Positions 37,087 to 50,996 of a stretch of 64,000 nt of DNA are shown here, piece by piece (position 1 is the first letter of the stretch; each line of letters opens with the position of its first letter). The notes under the pieces were generated by a model. The model had not been told where the DNA came from. It ran no database searches and was given only the letters and a program-made list of their open reading frames with translations. Source of the stretch: Felis catus (Eukaryota); NCBI RefSeq assembly GCF_018350175.1, contig NC_058368.1:28894001-28958000 (forward strand), written 5' to 3'. The position numbers and the translations under genes are program-made.

Positions 37087-37634
37087 TGTTGGTAGGGATC
37101 AGTGGATAGAAAATTACTAAGAGGAAATCAGGGATAAGGAAACCTATGGGCTAAATCGACCTAACAGGATTCTTGCTGAAGTCAGGCCAGGGTGATCAGA
37201 CCTTACCTGGGGGGAGTAGAGGATGAGGAACCTGATCACATATTGAGGCGAGGGAGAGGATTCTTGCTAAACTTACTTATTAGCAGGACTCTCGCTGAAA
37301 GTGGACAAGACAGAGATGGACACAGAAGCCCAAAAGTCGGGGTCTGTTTGGGAAGAGGATCCAGAAGAGCCTGACCAGAGTTTGGTTAAAGGAGATAATC
37401 TTTGGGGCGCCTGGGTGGCTCAGTTGGTTAAGCGTCCGACTTCAGCTCAGGTCACGATCTTGTGGTCCGTGAGTTCGAACCCCACGTCGGGCTCTGGGCT
37501 GATGGCTCAGAGCCTGGAGCCTGCTTCGGATTCTGTGTCTCCCTCTCTCTCTCTGCCCCGTTCATGCTCTGTCTCTCTCTGTCTGAAAAATAAATAAAAA
37601 CATTAAAAAAAAAAAAAGGAGATAATCTTTGTCA
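37087..37634 (-). mobile_element. ERV1-class LTR fragment
   Basis: Ends ...gagcctgaccagagtttggttaaaggagataatctttgtca (TG start on the minus strand); family uncertain. Confidence 0.55.
37404..37614 (+). mobile_element. Young felid Can-SINE nested in the LTR
   Basis: Perfect 16-bp TSD AAAGGAGATAATCTTT at 37388-37403 and 37615-37630. Confidence 0.95.
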
Positions 37635-37802
37635 CCATCCATGTCAATAGCACTTTCATTTACTTTCACTGCTGCACATATTACAGTTTATTCATCTGGT
37701 CTTTGTTGATGCACAGTTAGGTTCTTTCCAATTTTTGCTGTTACAGATAGTGGGCAATGAATATTCTTATATCCCTCTCCTTGTATATATGCTGAGAGTC
37801 TG

Positions 37803-37834
37803 TCTATCTATCTATCTATCTATTTATCTATCTA
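37803..37834. repeat. (TCTA)n microsatellite
   Basis: Direct read. Confidence 0.85.
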
Positions 37835-40572
37835 AAAGTAGCATTATCAAATTGTTTCCCAGCATTGTTCCAGCAACATAAAAGGGTTCCTGGTGCCCCA
37901 ACCTTATCCACTCTTGTAGGCATCTGACCCCGTTATTGTGGTTTCAGTTTATCTTTCCCTAATTTCTAGTAACTTGAAGAATCTTTTTACATGTTGCAAT
38001 TTACTCTTCTGAGAATTGCTTGTTTATATCTTTTACCATTTTTCTCTTAGATGCCAGGAGTTTTATTTCCCCTCACTTGTTTAAGTAGAATTCCTTAAAT
38101 ATTCCAAACGTATATAAAGTGCTTAGCATAGTGTCTAACACACAGGAGGAATTTTATAAATGTGGGCTGTTAAAAAAAAAAAAAAAACTAGGAGAATGAC
38201 AAAAGGAGATACCAGGATGATAGTTGTGCACAGATCTAGGGATCAACCCATTCAGATGAGAACATGAAAAAAGAATAAATATGTGACTAACAAGCATTAT
38301 CATAAGGGATAAAAAGTAATGAAATTTTGTGAAATTTTAAGAAGCATATATCAAAACTATGAGATAATTATCATCTATAAGTTAGGAGAGGAGTAACTGA
38401 TGTTAAAGTGTTCTAGTGCCTTACATTGTTCAGGAAGAAGGCAATGATATTAAGGTGATGTGTTGGTAAGTTAGGAATTGAGTATATAACTTCCAAAGTA
38501 GTAGTGAAAAGATTATAGCGTCAAACATACTTTTGCTGGTTAAGAAGCAATCTTTGAGCTGATGCTGGTATAAAAAAATTTTTTTTAAGTAAATAGAATC
38601 CAACCATCTATCTGATTAGCCAGGAACTATTGCATATCAGCCTTTTATTAAAGAAATCAATAGAAACTGTAAAGGCTACTCTCTTGGTGGCTTTTACAAA
38701 GATGGTATAGCTTTTGTTTAATGCAAACGAGGAGAGATTTACTGCTTTCTTCCAATCATTTTTCATCTAGGGAAATGTTAGCTGTTTTTGTTTTTTTGTT
38801 TTTTTGTTTTTTTATCACAGTTCTCAGCTCTTTAAGCACAAAATAATGACTCTGGATTGAAATTGATGCCCTGTGTTTTGAACTTTGAGTAAATTCAAAG
38901 ATTTGGCATTGGCACGATTGCAGGGCACACATCACTCTTAATCTGTAAACACAGAAGTGCGTTAAACCTGGCAGTTAACAAATGTCCATCAAATTACATT
39001 GCTAGAAGGAGTGAATTTTTTAATATAATTTCATCTTCCCTCTGAATGTGTTCGTGGTTGTTTTGCCTGACAGCTTTTATACCTCCTCCTAACCTTGGCA
39101 CTGTGCACATAAGCTGTCCCCACTGTTTGCGGGAACTATGCAGGAAGCACTGCAGCCGTGACTTCCCTTTAATCATTGGTAAACTCATCCTCGCGCGTAG
39201 CTTACACCTATCTTGGAAATCCACCTGGATTATAAATGTAATGGAAATTTACTGAGCCTCTGTCCTCTCTACAGCGTTGAAACATTTAAAACGGATTGAC
39301 AAGGATTTGGCTAAGTTTGCAGGGAAGTCTGGCCACGATTTTCACTTCCTTAATTCAATCATGTATTCTAAGCTGATTCGTTTTCAAATCAGTAAACATC
39401 AACTCTGATCATTTTTCAAGCACTTACCATTACCACCGCTACCACTACCCTTAATACTGCTTTGATGTGCTTTATAACCATGAATTGCCTTTTCTGATAC
39501 ATGAAAAATATTTTTTAGCACCAGGAGTAAAATTCTTGCTTTCTCCTTCTTGAAATAGACACAGTCATTATTGCATTTTCTCACCCTCTTTATGCCATGG
39601 AATTAATTTGCACAGTGAAAGAAAAAAACGATGTAGGGAAAAAAAATATTTTAAAATAAGTTGACTTACTTTGTTTTCACAGGCCATCTAAAAGCATTGA
39701 TGGCCATAGCTCAGCTTCATTCTGCTATGTATGAAAAAAGTTCCCATGAGTGACAAGCCAAAAATATAAGTCTGTTAGCTAGACAGCTCTAGGCATCCCA
39801 ACCTCTTCAGTAACTGGTCATTTTTGGCAAAGAACCTGGGTCCATAAATAATTCAACCTACTTCAGCTGGGTCTTAGCCACAGGAACTGTCAAAAATGAT
39901 AGATGGTGCAAAACTTTATCCGAGACTGACCTTCTATCCTAGGCAGCATTTCCAGTGCAGGCCTGTGTGACAGATGATAAGCATGCTTGTTTTCTGTAAA
40001 TGGCCATCAGGGGACAGCCAATTGAGCTGGGTGGTCAGATTACCATAGTAACTCTCTTGTCTTACCCTCTGTTATCCCTGGACATTACCTCCATTTCCTC
40101 CTAAACCTCTGACCCCTGGCACTCCTTCTTGCCTTGCTCTGCAGCTCATACCTGGCCCCAGGCCCATGAGTCTCACCCTGGAGTCTTTTCCAAGTCCCGA
40201 AAGGCCCTCGGTGGGTTGGATTCGGTCTGGTTTGGTTAAAAGGAACTTTCCTCATTGTGCTTTGGGCACCTTGAATAAGGGAGGAATCAACCTCCTTCTT
40301 CTCTATCCTCAGTGCTTTGTATAGTATCTGGTGCAAAGTGAGCTTAACCATGTTTGTTGAATAAATAAGAGATATTTTGAGTTTTGAATTTTTCAGATGG
40401 TCTAACTCAGAAATCTTCAGCTAAAAACATGAAATAAAAATGTGAAGTTTTTAATTTTTTTGGAAACTACATTGGATAAATCCAGTGTGAACATCCTGGA
40501 TATCTCATTCTAATCTGGAATTGTAATAAGATATAGACAACCGAGAAAATCTTTAAGAGTAAGGGTTCTGTA

Positions 40573-40711
40573 GAGGCGCCTGGGTGGCTCAGTCAGTTAA
40601 GCATCCACCTTCAGCTCAGGTCATGATTTCCTGATTCATGAGTTTGAGCCCTGCGTCAGGCTCTGTACTGACAGCTCAGAGCCTGGAGCCAACTTCAGAT
40701 CCTGTGTGTGT

Positions 40712-40756
<45 letters not shown>

Positions 40757-40827
40757 CGCCCCTCCTCAACTCGTGCTCTGTCCCTTTCTCTCTCTCAAAA
40801 ATAAACATTAAAAAAAAAATTTTTTTT
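40573..40827 (+). mobile_element. Can-SINE with (TG)n(CT)n
   Basis: TSD agta(a/t)gggttctgt. Confidence 0.93.
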
Positions 40828-41142
40828 AAAGTATGGGTTCTGTGTAAGGGAGATTTTTTTAAGAGATACTGATAGCCAATATTTTGTAAAACAATTTTAA
40901 AAGTTGTTGCCCTAGGGTCAGCCTAGGTAGGAGCTGTTTAGAGTGGTGGACAGAGCAGAGACTTCAAAGCTGGAACGGCCTGGTTTGAAAGCCGCCTACA
41001 TCACCCTCCAGCTATGTCGCCACAAGCAAGTCACATTATTACCATAATTCTGTAAGCCTCAGCTTCCTCATCTCTCGAGCAGGAATCATAAGTCTTTGTT
41101 GTCAGTATTAAAAATACTACCTGTAAAGACTAAGCAGAGTCT

Positions 41143-41312
41143 GGGGCACCTGGGTGGCTCAGTCGGTGAAGCGCCGACTTTGGCTCAGGTCATAATCTCA
41201 CAGTTGGTGAGTCTGAGCCCTGCTTTGGACTCTGTGCTGACAGCTCAGAGCCTGGAGCCGGCTTCAGATTTTGTGTCTCCCTCTCTCTCTGCTCCTTCCC
41301 CACTCCCACACA

Positions 41313-41362
<50 letters not shown>

Positions 41363-41386
41363 TCAATGAACATTAAAAAAAAAAAA
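41143..41386 (+). mobile_element. Can-SINE, adjacent to a MIR fragment (about 40940-41125)
   Basis: TSD gactaagcagagt. Confidence 0.93.
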
Positions 41387-41659
41387 AAGGACTAAGCAGA
41401 GTTTCTGACACAGCAGTGGCAGCTAGGGATGATGGGTGGTGTAACTCAAGGCTTTGGAAAAGAAATCAGCAGGCCCCTGGAATCCTCCTGGAAACACCTC
41501 CAGAACTGGAGATGGGAGCTCTGGCCCCTCTATGTCATTCCCCTCTTCTTCCCCCACCATTTCATAGTTTCTGTGATCCAGAGCCCTCACCTCACTGGCC
41601 CATGCTCCCCTCACCCTCTCCCGTCTTGCGTGGCCCTCATTACTACAGGTACCGTGTGT

Positions 41660-41880
41660 CGAGCAACTGCTAATTAAGCGCTTTGCAATTACCCAATTCA
41701 TCTGATCCCCCAAATGATGTTTATGATGCTCAGATGCTGTTGTTACCCCCATTTCACAAATGACAAAAGCAGTGAGATCATTAACTTGACCAGCCAAAAA
41801 CGCAATTAGGACATATCAGAGCCAAGATTTTATACCAGGCCAGTCTGATTACAAAGTGGGTACTGATTCCACTACGTTAT
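41660..41880 (-). mobile_element. MIR fragment
   Basis: ttacccccatttcacaaatgacaaaagc...agagccaagattt core. Confidence 0.55.
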
Positions 41881-42250
41881 ACTGTCATTGTGACTTCCCA
41901 GGAAGGAAAAACAGAATTCACGTGATGAAATAATTTCATATAAACTCTAAGTGCTGAAACTTCTCATCTTGGGAAGCTAGCAAAGACAATGAAAAGAACT
42001 TGGGTAATTTTCTGACAGCAAAGAATCATAGCCTAATATGCATGTATTTGACAATCTTTGTGTTTCCTTGACAAAAACATAACCTAGAGACTAGACTTGG
42101 CCCAGGACCTTGTCAGGTGGGTCTCAGAGTTTTGCCTGAGTGTACTGGTAACTTCATTCCACTTTTAGCAACATTCATGCTTTCTTTTGGTCTTATTTTG
42201 CTATCCTGCTGTAATTTAATACTCTGCTCAATGTCGTGACTTGTTTGTAG

Positions 42251-42332
42251 ATGTTACCCCTCCACAAACAGCTGGTTATATGGAAATCACTGACCTTCGA
42301 TCAAAGAAACTCCGATACATCCCTATTCCCAG
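42251..42332 (+). CDS. VWA8: VWA8 coding exon (about exon 36), 82 nt
   Basis: gtttgtag|AT GTT...CCC AG|gtaatc; (D)VTPPQTAGYMEITDLRSKKLRYIPIP(R). Confidence 0.94.
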
Positions 42333-42654
42333 GTAATCCACTTTCACCTTTGTCCTCCGTTTGTATGTCAGATAGAAAGTGAGCCAAGTCTTCCCAAGTG
42401 CTCTGAATAAATGTGTGCTTTTGCTTCCTTAAATAGCAAGCTCTTTTTTCCCCCCAGTTGCACTTGGCTTATGTCTTGCTGCTGTTCTGCATGGTTTATT
42501 GCTATTTTTATTTTCATTTGGGAAAAATGTCATATAGGTATAAGTCTAACAAACTTCAAGGCTTCATTTCTCTTTTTTGATCTGTCCTAATAAGTTTTTC
42601 TGTAACTGAAATAGCATTTTCAGTATTGCAGAAATCTTCGGGCTTCTTAAATGT

Positions 42655-43007
42655 GTTTAAGTTTTTATTTAATTCCAGTTAGTTAACATACAGTGTAATA
42701 TTAGTTTCGGGTATAGAATATACTGATTCAACAATTCCACATATCACCCGGTGCTCATCACAAATGCACTCCTTAATCCCCATCACCTATTTAACCCATC
42801 CCCCCACCTACCCCCCACCTCTGGTAACCATCAATTTCTTCTCTACAGTTAAGAGTATGTTTCTTGGTTCATCGCTCTCTGTCTTATTTTTTTCCCTTTG
42901 CTTGCTTGTTTTGTTTCTTAAATTGCACATGTGAGTGAAATCATATGGTATTTGTCTTTCTCTGACTGTCTTATTTTGCTTAGCATAATACTCTCTAGCT
43001 CCATCCA
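42655..43007 (-). mobile_element. 5'-truncated carnivore L1 3' end
   Basis: Homologous to 8491-8861. Confidence 0.88.
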
Positions 43008-44141
43008 CCGTATCTATTAACTTTACATATTAGTTTTTGGAGGCAAATGTGTTCAAAATGTCAAAGGAATTTAAATAGCATTTGTTTAATATTGTTTTTA
43101 AATGTGCTACTGTGCATCTGCGGTTGTGAAGGCTATGTAGTAGCTAAAGGCTTCCAGAGATTTAGAATGAAACTCATGATCATTCACTGCTCTTATTATT
43201 GTCCAATGACGGAAGCAAAGTATTCAAACCAGTTGGATGGAGGATACAGAAGGGAAACAACGTGTTTGGTGTCTACCCTTGAGGAGCACAGGTGTCCTCT
43301 CCAGTAGCCCATCCCTTTCTGGATGCATCCATGCCTGATCTCTCTCTCTCAGCCTAACTGAGCCCCTGCTCTGGTCCACCTGGCCTAGATTCTTCCTTAC
43401 ATTGCCCCCCTGGGGCCAACTCCTCCTTCTTCTAATTTTTTACTCTGCTTTGGCCTAGATTGACATCACATCCCCCTACTAACATATATTTCCTGACAGG
43501 CAACTGAGACCTCACAACACAAGGGTGAAAGCCTCAGCTGAGATGCCAAGCAGAGGACCCTGGAGAGCCATCCAACAGGAGAGAAAGGCCAGCCACACCA
43601 AGGCTGTCAGTCATCCACGGCACCCGCAGGCCACGTTTGCACCCATTCCTCTAACCCCTAGAAGTAAATAGCTCAGCATGACAGTACACAGTAACTCAGA
43701 AGCACAGCTTTATTTCTTAGGACCCTTAATCAAGGTCAATAAATATGAAGAATAAAAGCATTACTCAAAAAAATAGGTTTACTCGTTCCAACATATAGAA
43801 GTATGGCTTCTTAGAGCATCTCACCTTGTCAATTTCATGGAAAATGGCTTTTGGTCATTTGGGGAAATTCCTTACTCCATATGAATTATATGCTTATTAA
43901 AATATACTATTAGTTCAAGCAACAGAAGCAAAGAACAACTTTTTGTTTTTTACATTTCTAAAGCATTAATAATCTTTTCCAATATTTCTCTTAATTTCTC
44001 CCTCATTGGCCCTAGGCTTTATTTTGTTGTTTTTCCGTTTTAACTTTCTATGTGGACCATGTTCTACCTGCCATAGGAACAACATCTGGAAGAGCAGCTG
44101 TGTATATAGCCAGTGCCAACTGGTCACTGTAATGCATTCAT

Positions 44142-44420
44142 TTAGAGCTGTACTGTTCACCGGAAATATAATGCAATGTCATTTTATGTTCCTTCCTTAG
44201 CCATATTCAAAGAGGAAAAAGAAATTGGTGGAATTAACTTTAACTAAACATTTTATTAACCCGATGTATTTAAAATGTCATCATTTTGACACATATTCAA
44301 TATAAAAGTTTTAATGAGATATTTTACATTCCTTTTTTCTTCTAAGTCTTTGAAATCAGTATTTATTTTACACTTTGGGAACATCTCAGTTTGGACTTGC
44401 CATATTTCAAGTGCCACGTG
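44142..44420. mobile_element. MER33/MER3-like hAT element
   Basis: tagagctgtactgttc...gaaatataatgcaa; ttggacttgccatatttcaagtgc. Confidence 0.6.
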
Positions 44421-44847
44421 ATTTAGAGTCTGTTCATTATCAGTATATCCTGAATTTCTCTTGAGATTAGCTATTGCCATTTTTGGCATATATGCAGTCC
44501 AAGAGAACAACCCATCTGGATTTCAGTTTTCCTGCTAGTTGCTTAAATTTAGCATTCTGCTAGATAGCTGGAATTTTCCATCTGATGGCTAACTTCAGAT
44601 AACAGAAAATACAGTGACATTGCATGTAACTACAGAACCAAAATGAGTACATCACTTTTGCCCCCAGTAAAATTTGAGTATTTTTCCTCAAATTTTTGTA
44701 TTATTTCCATCTGTAAAATGATACTGCCTAGCTCTCATGTGTGGGTGTATGTAAATCTGGGCTTCCCTCTACTATGATTCTATGTGTTCCTTAAAGACCT
44801 TGCTATTATGTATAAAAGGGAATATGCATTTAAAACAAGGTGAAGAA

Positions 44848-45049
44848 GGGGCGCCTGGGTGGCTCCGTCAGTTGGGCATCTGACTCTGGATTTCGGCTCA
44901 GGTCATGATCTCACAGTTCATGAGTTTGAGCCCTGCGTCAGTTTCCACAAACAGCACAGAGCCTGCTTGGGATTCTCTCTCCCTCTCTCTGCCCCTCCCC
45001 TGCTCATGCTCTCTCTCTCTCAAAATAAATAAATAAAACTTAAAAATGA
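44848..45049 (+). mobile_element. Can-SINE
   Basis: Perfect TSD AAAACAAGGTGAAGAA. Confidence 0.94.
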
Positions 45050-46263
45050 AAAACAAGGTGAAGAAGAGATTCTAGAGCAAATTGCAGTAAATGTGATTTT
45101 TTCACCCTTTTTTTGACATATTTTGACATATTTCAAGTTTCATACTATGAAGAGTTAAACATTTAGCCAGTAGATACAGTACTCAACAGTCATACATCTT
45201 GAGTGCTCTTGGAAGAATTACAAACATTATTGTTTCACGTAGATAAATTTCATTATTCTTGAATAGCCCTTTACTTCACCATGTGTACCTATTAATTTTT
45301 TTCCTAAGGCAAATATTTCTGGCAGCAACGTGAGATAAATCCTGTATTATGTCAAATGTTGCCTTCTTTGAGTCCTATTATTGTAAAGTAGCTCTGAAAC
45401 ACTGAAGCAGTAGTTACCATCTTCTTCATATAAACATATTTTAAAGCTTCTGTGTCCCAGAGTAGCTGGCTGTGTCACCTGTGTTTAGTATCTACTAAGG
45501 CAGACTGGAAAAAAAAAAAAAAAAAGGTCAGGTAGTCTTGGTTTATTGTTTAGGAGGTTACAAGATTTGACCCAACATATAGTGGTTTTGTGGTTTCCCG
45601 AATCTACATTGATAGTTTATTATGTTTTTATTATCTGATGAGACTCCACCTTTAGACCATTTATTTTACATAGAAAATATCAGATGTATTTAGAGAGCCA
45701 ATGCTGGTAATTCGAATTTCTAATCTGTTTCTTTTGTATAGTGAAGGCTATACCTAGAAAAAGGAAATGTGCAGTTGACTCATAGAAGCAAAACTGCATT
45801 CCTAGAAATGAATATGTAGCAAATATGTATATGTATGAAATATATATAATATGACAAATATATAAATTCCTTGTTATAAATTCTTGTAACTTCCTAAGTC
45901 AGAAAATGCAAACTATTAAATATAAATGCAGGTAAAGCCCATAGAAAAGATATCAGCTTTAGCACTTAGACTGAAACTTAGACCCCTGAGGAGTGAGTCT
46001 AACATTGCAGGTGCATGAGATATGAGTTGGTTTAGAGTTCTTTTCTTTCTGACAGTGAACGCCAATACAATCGGGGGTCCACAAATACAGAAAAATGTAA
46101 GTAACCAATAGATACCTGTGTATTTCTTTTCTTACAGATGGATCTCTTGGTATCTTTTAATATGTTTACTATTAGAATTCTTTATAGCAAGTTTAATGAA
46201 CCACAATTAGGTAAACTAGCTTCGTTATTACCAACTGATTGACTACTGTAATTTCCTTTTCAG

Positions 46264-46468
46264 ATCAGAATCTCTCTCACCATATACCACATGGCTGTCT
46301 ACTATTTCGGACACAGATGCATTGCTAGCTGAGTGGGGCAAAGGTGCTGTTATTACTGTCGATATGGGAGGTCACATCAGGCTTTGGGAAACTGGACTTG
46401 AACGTCTGCAGCAATCACTCATTGAATGGAGAAACATGATTGGACAAGACAGTGACAGACATATGCAG
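46264..46468 (+). CDS. VWA8: VWA8 coding exon (about exon 37), 205 nt; the following intron runs past the window end
   Basis: ccttttcag|A TCA GAA...ATG CAG|gtacca; SESLSPYTTWLSTISDTDALLAEWGKGAVITVDMGGHIRLWETGLERLQQSLIEWRNMIGQDSDRHMQ. Confidence 0.94.
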
Positions 46469-48547
46469 GTACCACTCTAACCCACTTTCCCTCTTAAAGG
46501 TGCATATTTACGTATAAGGTTAGTTCCAAATGGAAGTAAACCTCTGGCCTCAAAACTTAAATACAGTTACTTAAATACCTAATTTCTCATAATAGAAAAA
46601 GACGTGTCTTTTTCTAGATAGTGGGAAAGTTAAAAGGAGCCCTTTTTGCGGTCAGTGCTTAAATATACAAGTTCCTCACATCACAACATGAGAATACAAG
46701 ACAATTGCTTCTGTTTGACCCCAAGCATTAATCAGCTTCTAGCATCACCTTTGCATTTGTTCTTTTATTACCATCATCTTGGGCATCTCTGCATGCTACC
46801 AAGGAGGCAGAAATACTGATATAAAAGGCAGCACATTACCATAAGGTCAAAACCTTTAGACTAGAGAAGATACGTATATTATGCATCCAGCAAAGATGTG
46901 TTTTTACCAACTTCCTTATCTCCAGATAATGCAAACTTAGCAGTAGATAGACCTAGCCCTGCCCTGAAAAGAAATATGGAAATAGGTCACCAAAGTGAGA
47001 GGAAACTCCAGAAATGACTCAGTCACCACCTACTCTAGTTGGTCTGGAACCAATGAGGAAAGCTGTGTACCCATAAATACTAAAGCATATAATAAAAGGA
47101 TTTATTTGTAATTGATTGATTTTAATCTTCAGAAGAAAACGTCTCTGTTTATGCTTCATTCTTATCCAGCAAGATAGTAAAGAAAGGCGGGTTCCTGCCA
47201 GCTGTGTTGCTCTGCAGAGAGCCAATTCACAAGATAAATTTCTACAAACTACTCCATTGATACTTGATTAATAATTACTATTTTGTGTGGTTATTTTTCT
47301 GATTTCCCTTAAAGGAGAATAATTGTGAATGAATAATACATATTTCTCTTAGATTCTTAAAACCTTATAGGAACATTCTGAAAATTCGACACCAATGTAG
47401 GCAAGCAACTTCAACTTCTTTTGAAAGGGTATGAATATATTAATTTAATTAAGCTAAAACAAATGTATTGCTCTAACATAAACATGCCATTAAGCGCAAT
47501 GAATCTATCATAGCAACAGACTGAATGTTGGTCACTATCCATAACAATAATTAGAAAATTAATTAACTATGGTTCTGATTCTCTTATTATCCTGAACATT
47601 AGTTTCTTCTCCCTTTGAATTAAGTTCCTCTTTTCATTACAGAGATTGGTAAATACTATTGTATTTGAATTTCTTGTATTTTATTTCAATTCCTCATGTG
47701 TCATAGAGATGAAAGGTCATATTTTTCCTATGGTCAAGAGTGTGGCCTAAATTAAGTGTCTTCCACAACAGAACTTTAAAAAAGAATTTTACACATGATT
47801 TTCATAACTGGTCCTGACTGCTACAAAAATTAACCCCTATTTGTGGGTTAGCCATACACTCTTCTTTCCCAGCGACTTCCCCGACTCTGTTGTTCATCTT
47901 TCTATTCCCAGCATAGTGACTGATACACAACAGGCAATTAATATATTTGTGTATGCTCATACTCATATATCCTAATTGCACTGGCCTTTGAAGCTATTTG
48001 ACAAAAAATGGAACTGTTCTTTTAAACTGTCACAAGTTATTCATTCATTTTTGTGTAACTGAATAAATATTTATTGGATGAATATATATAGTTATTAAGT
48101 TAGAAATGAACAGAAATATATTATCTAACATCTCAAAAATAATCAAAAGGTTTGGCTGCAGTATGCAGAGCAACATCTGATCCTTCCCAGACCTAACATT
48201 TTCCAGAAAATGCATAACTTTATGTCTCCCGTTCAAAGTTCAGCTATAACAGAAATAAGACTTATTCAGAAAGAAAGTTACACAATTCAGAAGTGAATGT
48301 TAGTTTCATTTGGAAAATTAGAATAGTTGTTATCCAACCTTCTCCTAACATCTCTGATGTTCCTTGATCCATTTTGGTCGATATTGAAATATATATTTAT
48401 CTACATACTCAAACTGAGAAACAAATTTTAAGCATACATCTTTATGTCTAAAGAGACAGGATTAATTGCCCAGATGGTCTAACGTTGTTTTATTTTTTGG
48501 TCGGATCTGTCCTCTTCTCCCTGCTTGGTCAATAATGAGACAGCACA

Positions 48548-48752
48548 GGGACGCCTGGGTGGCTCGATCGATTTGAGTGTCCCACTTGGGCTCAGGTCAT
48601 TATCTCACGGTTCGAGTGTTCGAGCCTCGCATCGGGCTGACAGCTTGGAGGCTGGAGCCTGCTTCGGATTCTGTGTCTCCCTCTCTTTCTCTGCCCCTCC
48701 CCCGCTCATGCTCTGTCTCTCAAAAGTAGATAAACTTTAAAAAAAATTTTTT
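48548..48752 (+). mobile_element. Can-SINE
   Basis: Head, CT tract, tail. Confidence 0.9.
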
Positions 48753-50383
48753 TAACAATGAGAGTATATTTAACTGCTCGCATGTAGACCAGTTCTTGTT
48801 ATTATTTACAAGTAGTGTACACAACCAGACCTAAATGGGAATCACTGTGGAGCAGTAGTAATAACAAGCAAAATATGTCTTTTACAGTTTCCCGTACGGT
48901 GCGATCCCTCAAGCTCTTCCTCATTTATGGGCCTTTTATTCAGCATATGTCTCCTCCTGGTTCAGGAGCTTGAAAAATGCCTTTCTAGAAATATTGAGAA
49001 AAGAGAATATGTTCTTAGTACCATACTTCTCGCTGGCTAAGTTCCAGCCCTCTCCCTGTTCCTGGCAGAGTAACCCGATCTCCATCTAGTGGCAAAATGG
49101 ACTTACTTTACATCGTAGAAATTAAAAGGCCTGTTTTGCATTCACTAGTTTAAGGAGGTTTACACACACCTGTATTGTTTGGTTCCTGTTGGTCACGAGA
49201 TGCTCCTTTAGGTCAACAGTGAAGGCTGGGCAAATACCCCACCACTTACTGACCCACTTTTTTCCTTGAGTCTTTTGAATGATAGCAAAAGAACTGTTTA
49301 TATTTAGATTAACTATGTCAGTTACATGCTTTACCACTTTCCTTTATATCTTGCTTCATTTCAGCCTTCTAGAGTTATCAATTCTGAAGCCATTGTTGCT
49401 TTGAATTTTAGTTTTTGCTTAATGAATTCATTGATAGTTCTCCTTCATGAGTAGTTTGCAAGAGAGTGTTTATTGAGCTCTTCATATAAAATGTGTTCAT
49501 TAATTTTACATGCTTTGATAGCAAGTGTGTTTTTCTTACAGCAAACAACTATAACAAATTCAAAGTGTCACTGTAGCTGTGGTTCTAAAAGCCCATGATT
49601 AAGAATTCATATTTATTACTTTTAGACTTCATATTTTCAGAAGCATGTGTTAATTATAAGCCAAAATTTTTCTGACCATGCTTCATAGTGTTCTCTCTAA
49701 AGCATATTTTTCATATTTTTATTTAGTTATACTTGGATTCATCCCAAGAAGGCTGTTAAAGCTACACCACAGGTTTCTTCAGAAATCAAACCATCTTCTT
49801 TAAAAAGCTCCTGGTGACTATTCTTGTGGGAACACAAAAGCTAAAAGGTTATAGCTTTCAAGTGTTATTGTCTGATTACAATAAACTAATTAGAAAGTAA
49901 ATCCTCTGTATGTTACTGGTAGAATCTCTTTGAGGCCTTTGAATAGTACTTCCTTATCTGTATACTTTTAAAATGGATAGGATCTTTGAAACACAGTGTG
50001 GGACTACAACTTACTCATTCTTACAGTGAAGATAGTGCCTGGTACACAATAGATACACAGTAGAGGCATCAGAAAACATACTTAGAAAAGATAACTAATT
50101 TATATTAAGCACCACTAAGACTTTACCCCTTTTAAAGAAGATACTCTAGGAATATGAGTAAAGGTAGTTGTTGTACTTTGGTAAACAAGACTGGCCTTTT
50201 CTTTAACTACAAGCCCAACAGTAAGGATTTTTTTAAGATATCAGTAAGATGGTAAGTCCTTCTTCCAGTTTTGGAAACCAGTAGATCGTTTCATTGGAGC
50301 TGTATTAGTACCTTTAGGTTTTCACTATGCAGACTATGTTTTCTCCACATACTCTGAGAGGGTTTACAATTTTTTGTTCTTTT

Positions 50384-50587
50384 TTTAAAGAAATTTTTTT
50401 AATGTTTTTTTTTTTATTTTTGAGAGAGAACAAGTGAAGGAGGGATAGAGAGAGAGGGAGACAGAATCTGAAGCAGGGTCCAGGCTCTGAGCTGTCAGCA
50501 CAGAGCCTGATGTGGGGCTTGAACCCATGAACTGCGAGATCATGACTTGAACTGAAGTTGGACACTCAACCGACTGAGCCACCCTGG
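50384..50587 (-). mobile_element. Can-SINE
   Basis: Reverse-complement head ...CCGACTGAGCCACCC, GA tract, T tail. Confidence 0.92.
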
Positions 50588-50996
50588 AATACAGAAGAAT
50601 TCTTTCTTCTTTTTAAGGGTAGCTTATAGTTTACTCTTGCACCACGTGCTTCACTTTGGCCAGTAACTGAAAATACTTAGCAGTCTGATTCAGTGGGTCA
50701 TTATCATTATCGTACGTATAACAATGTATATTTCATAGGATTGTTATATGTACATGTATCTTTGGGGATCTTCCTTGGCCCAAAAAGGCAATGCTTTTTT
50801 TTTTTTTAATTTTCATAAAAACATTCAGCAAGATGGCCTAGCCATTTGCCTATGCGGTAGCATTTGAGCAATGCCTCTAATGATTTTCCCATGTTTATTC
50901 CTGCTAGAGAAATTCCCAGCCATGGAAATCCATTTTGAATCTAGATCTTGAATAAGGTTTTCAGACTTGAATAAGGTACACTGGGAGTGTACTACC

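Larger units (their letters stand above)
35850..38045 (-). mobile_element. Old L1M fragments (3'UTR and ORF2), interrupted by an LTR and a SINE
   Basis: ttgccttttccagaatgtcatataaatggaatcata motif; ORF2 remnant KNISDSGLVSRIYKE. Confidence 0.75.
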
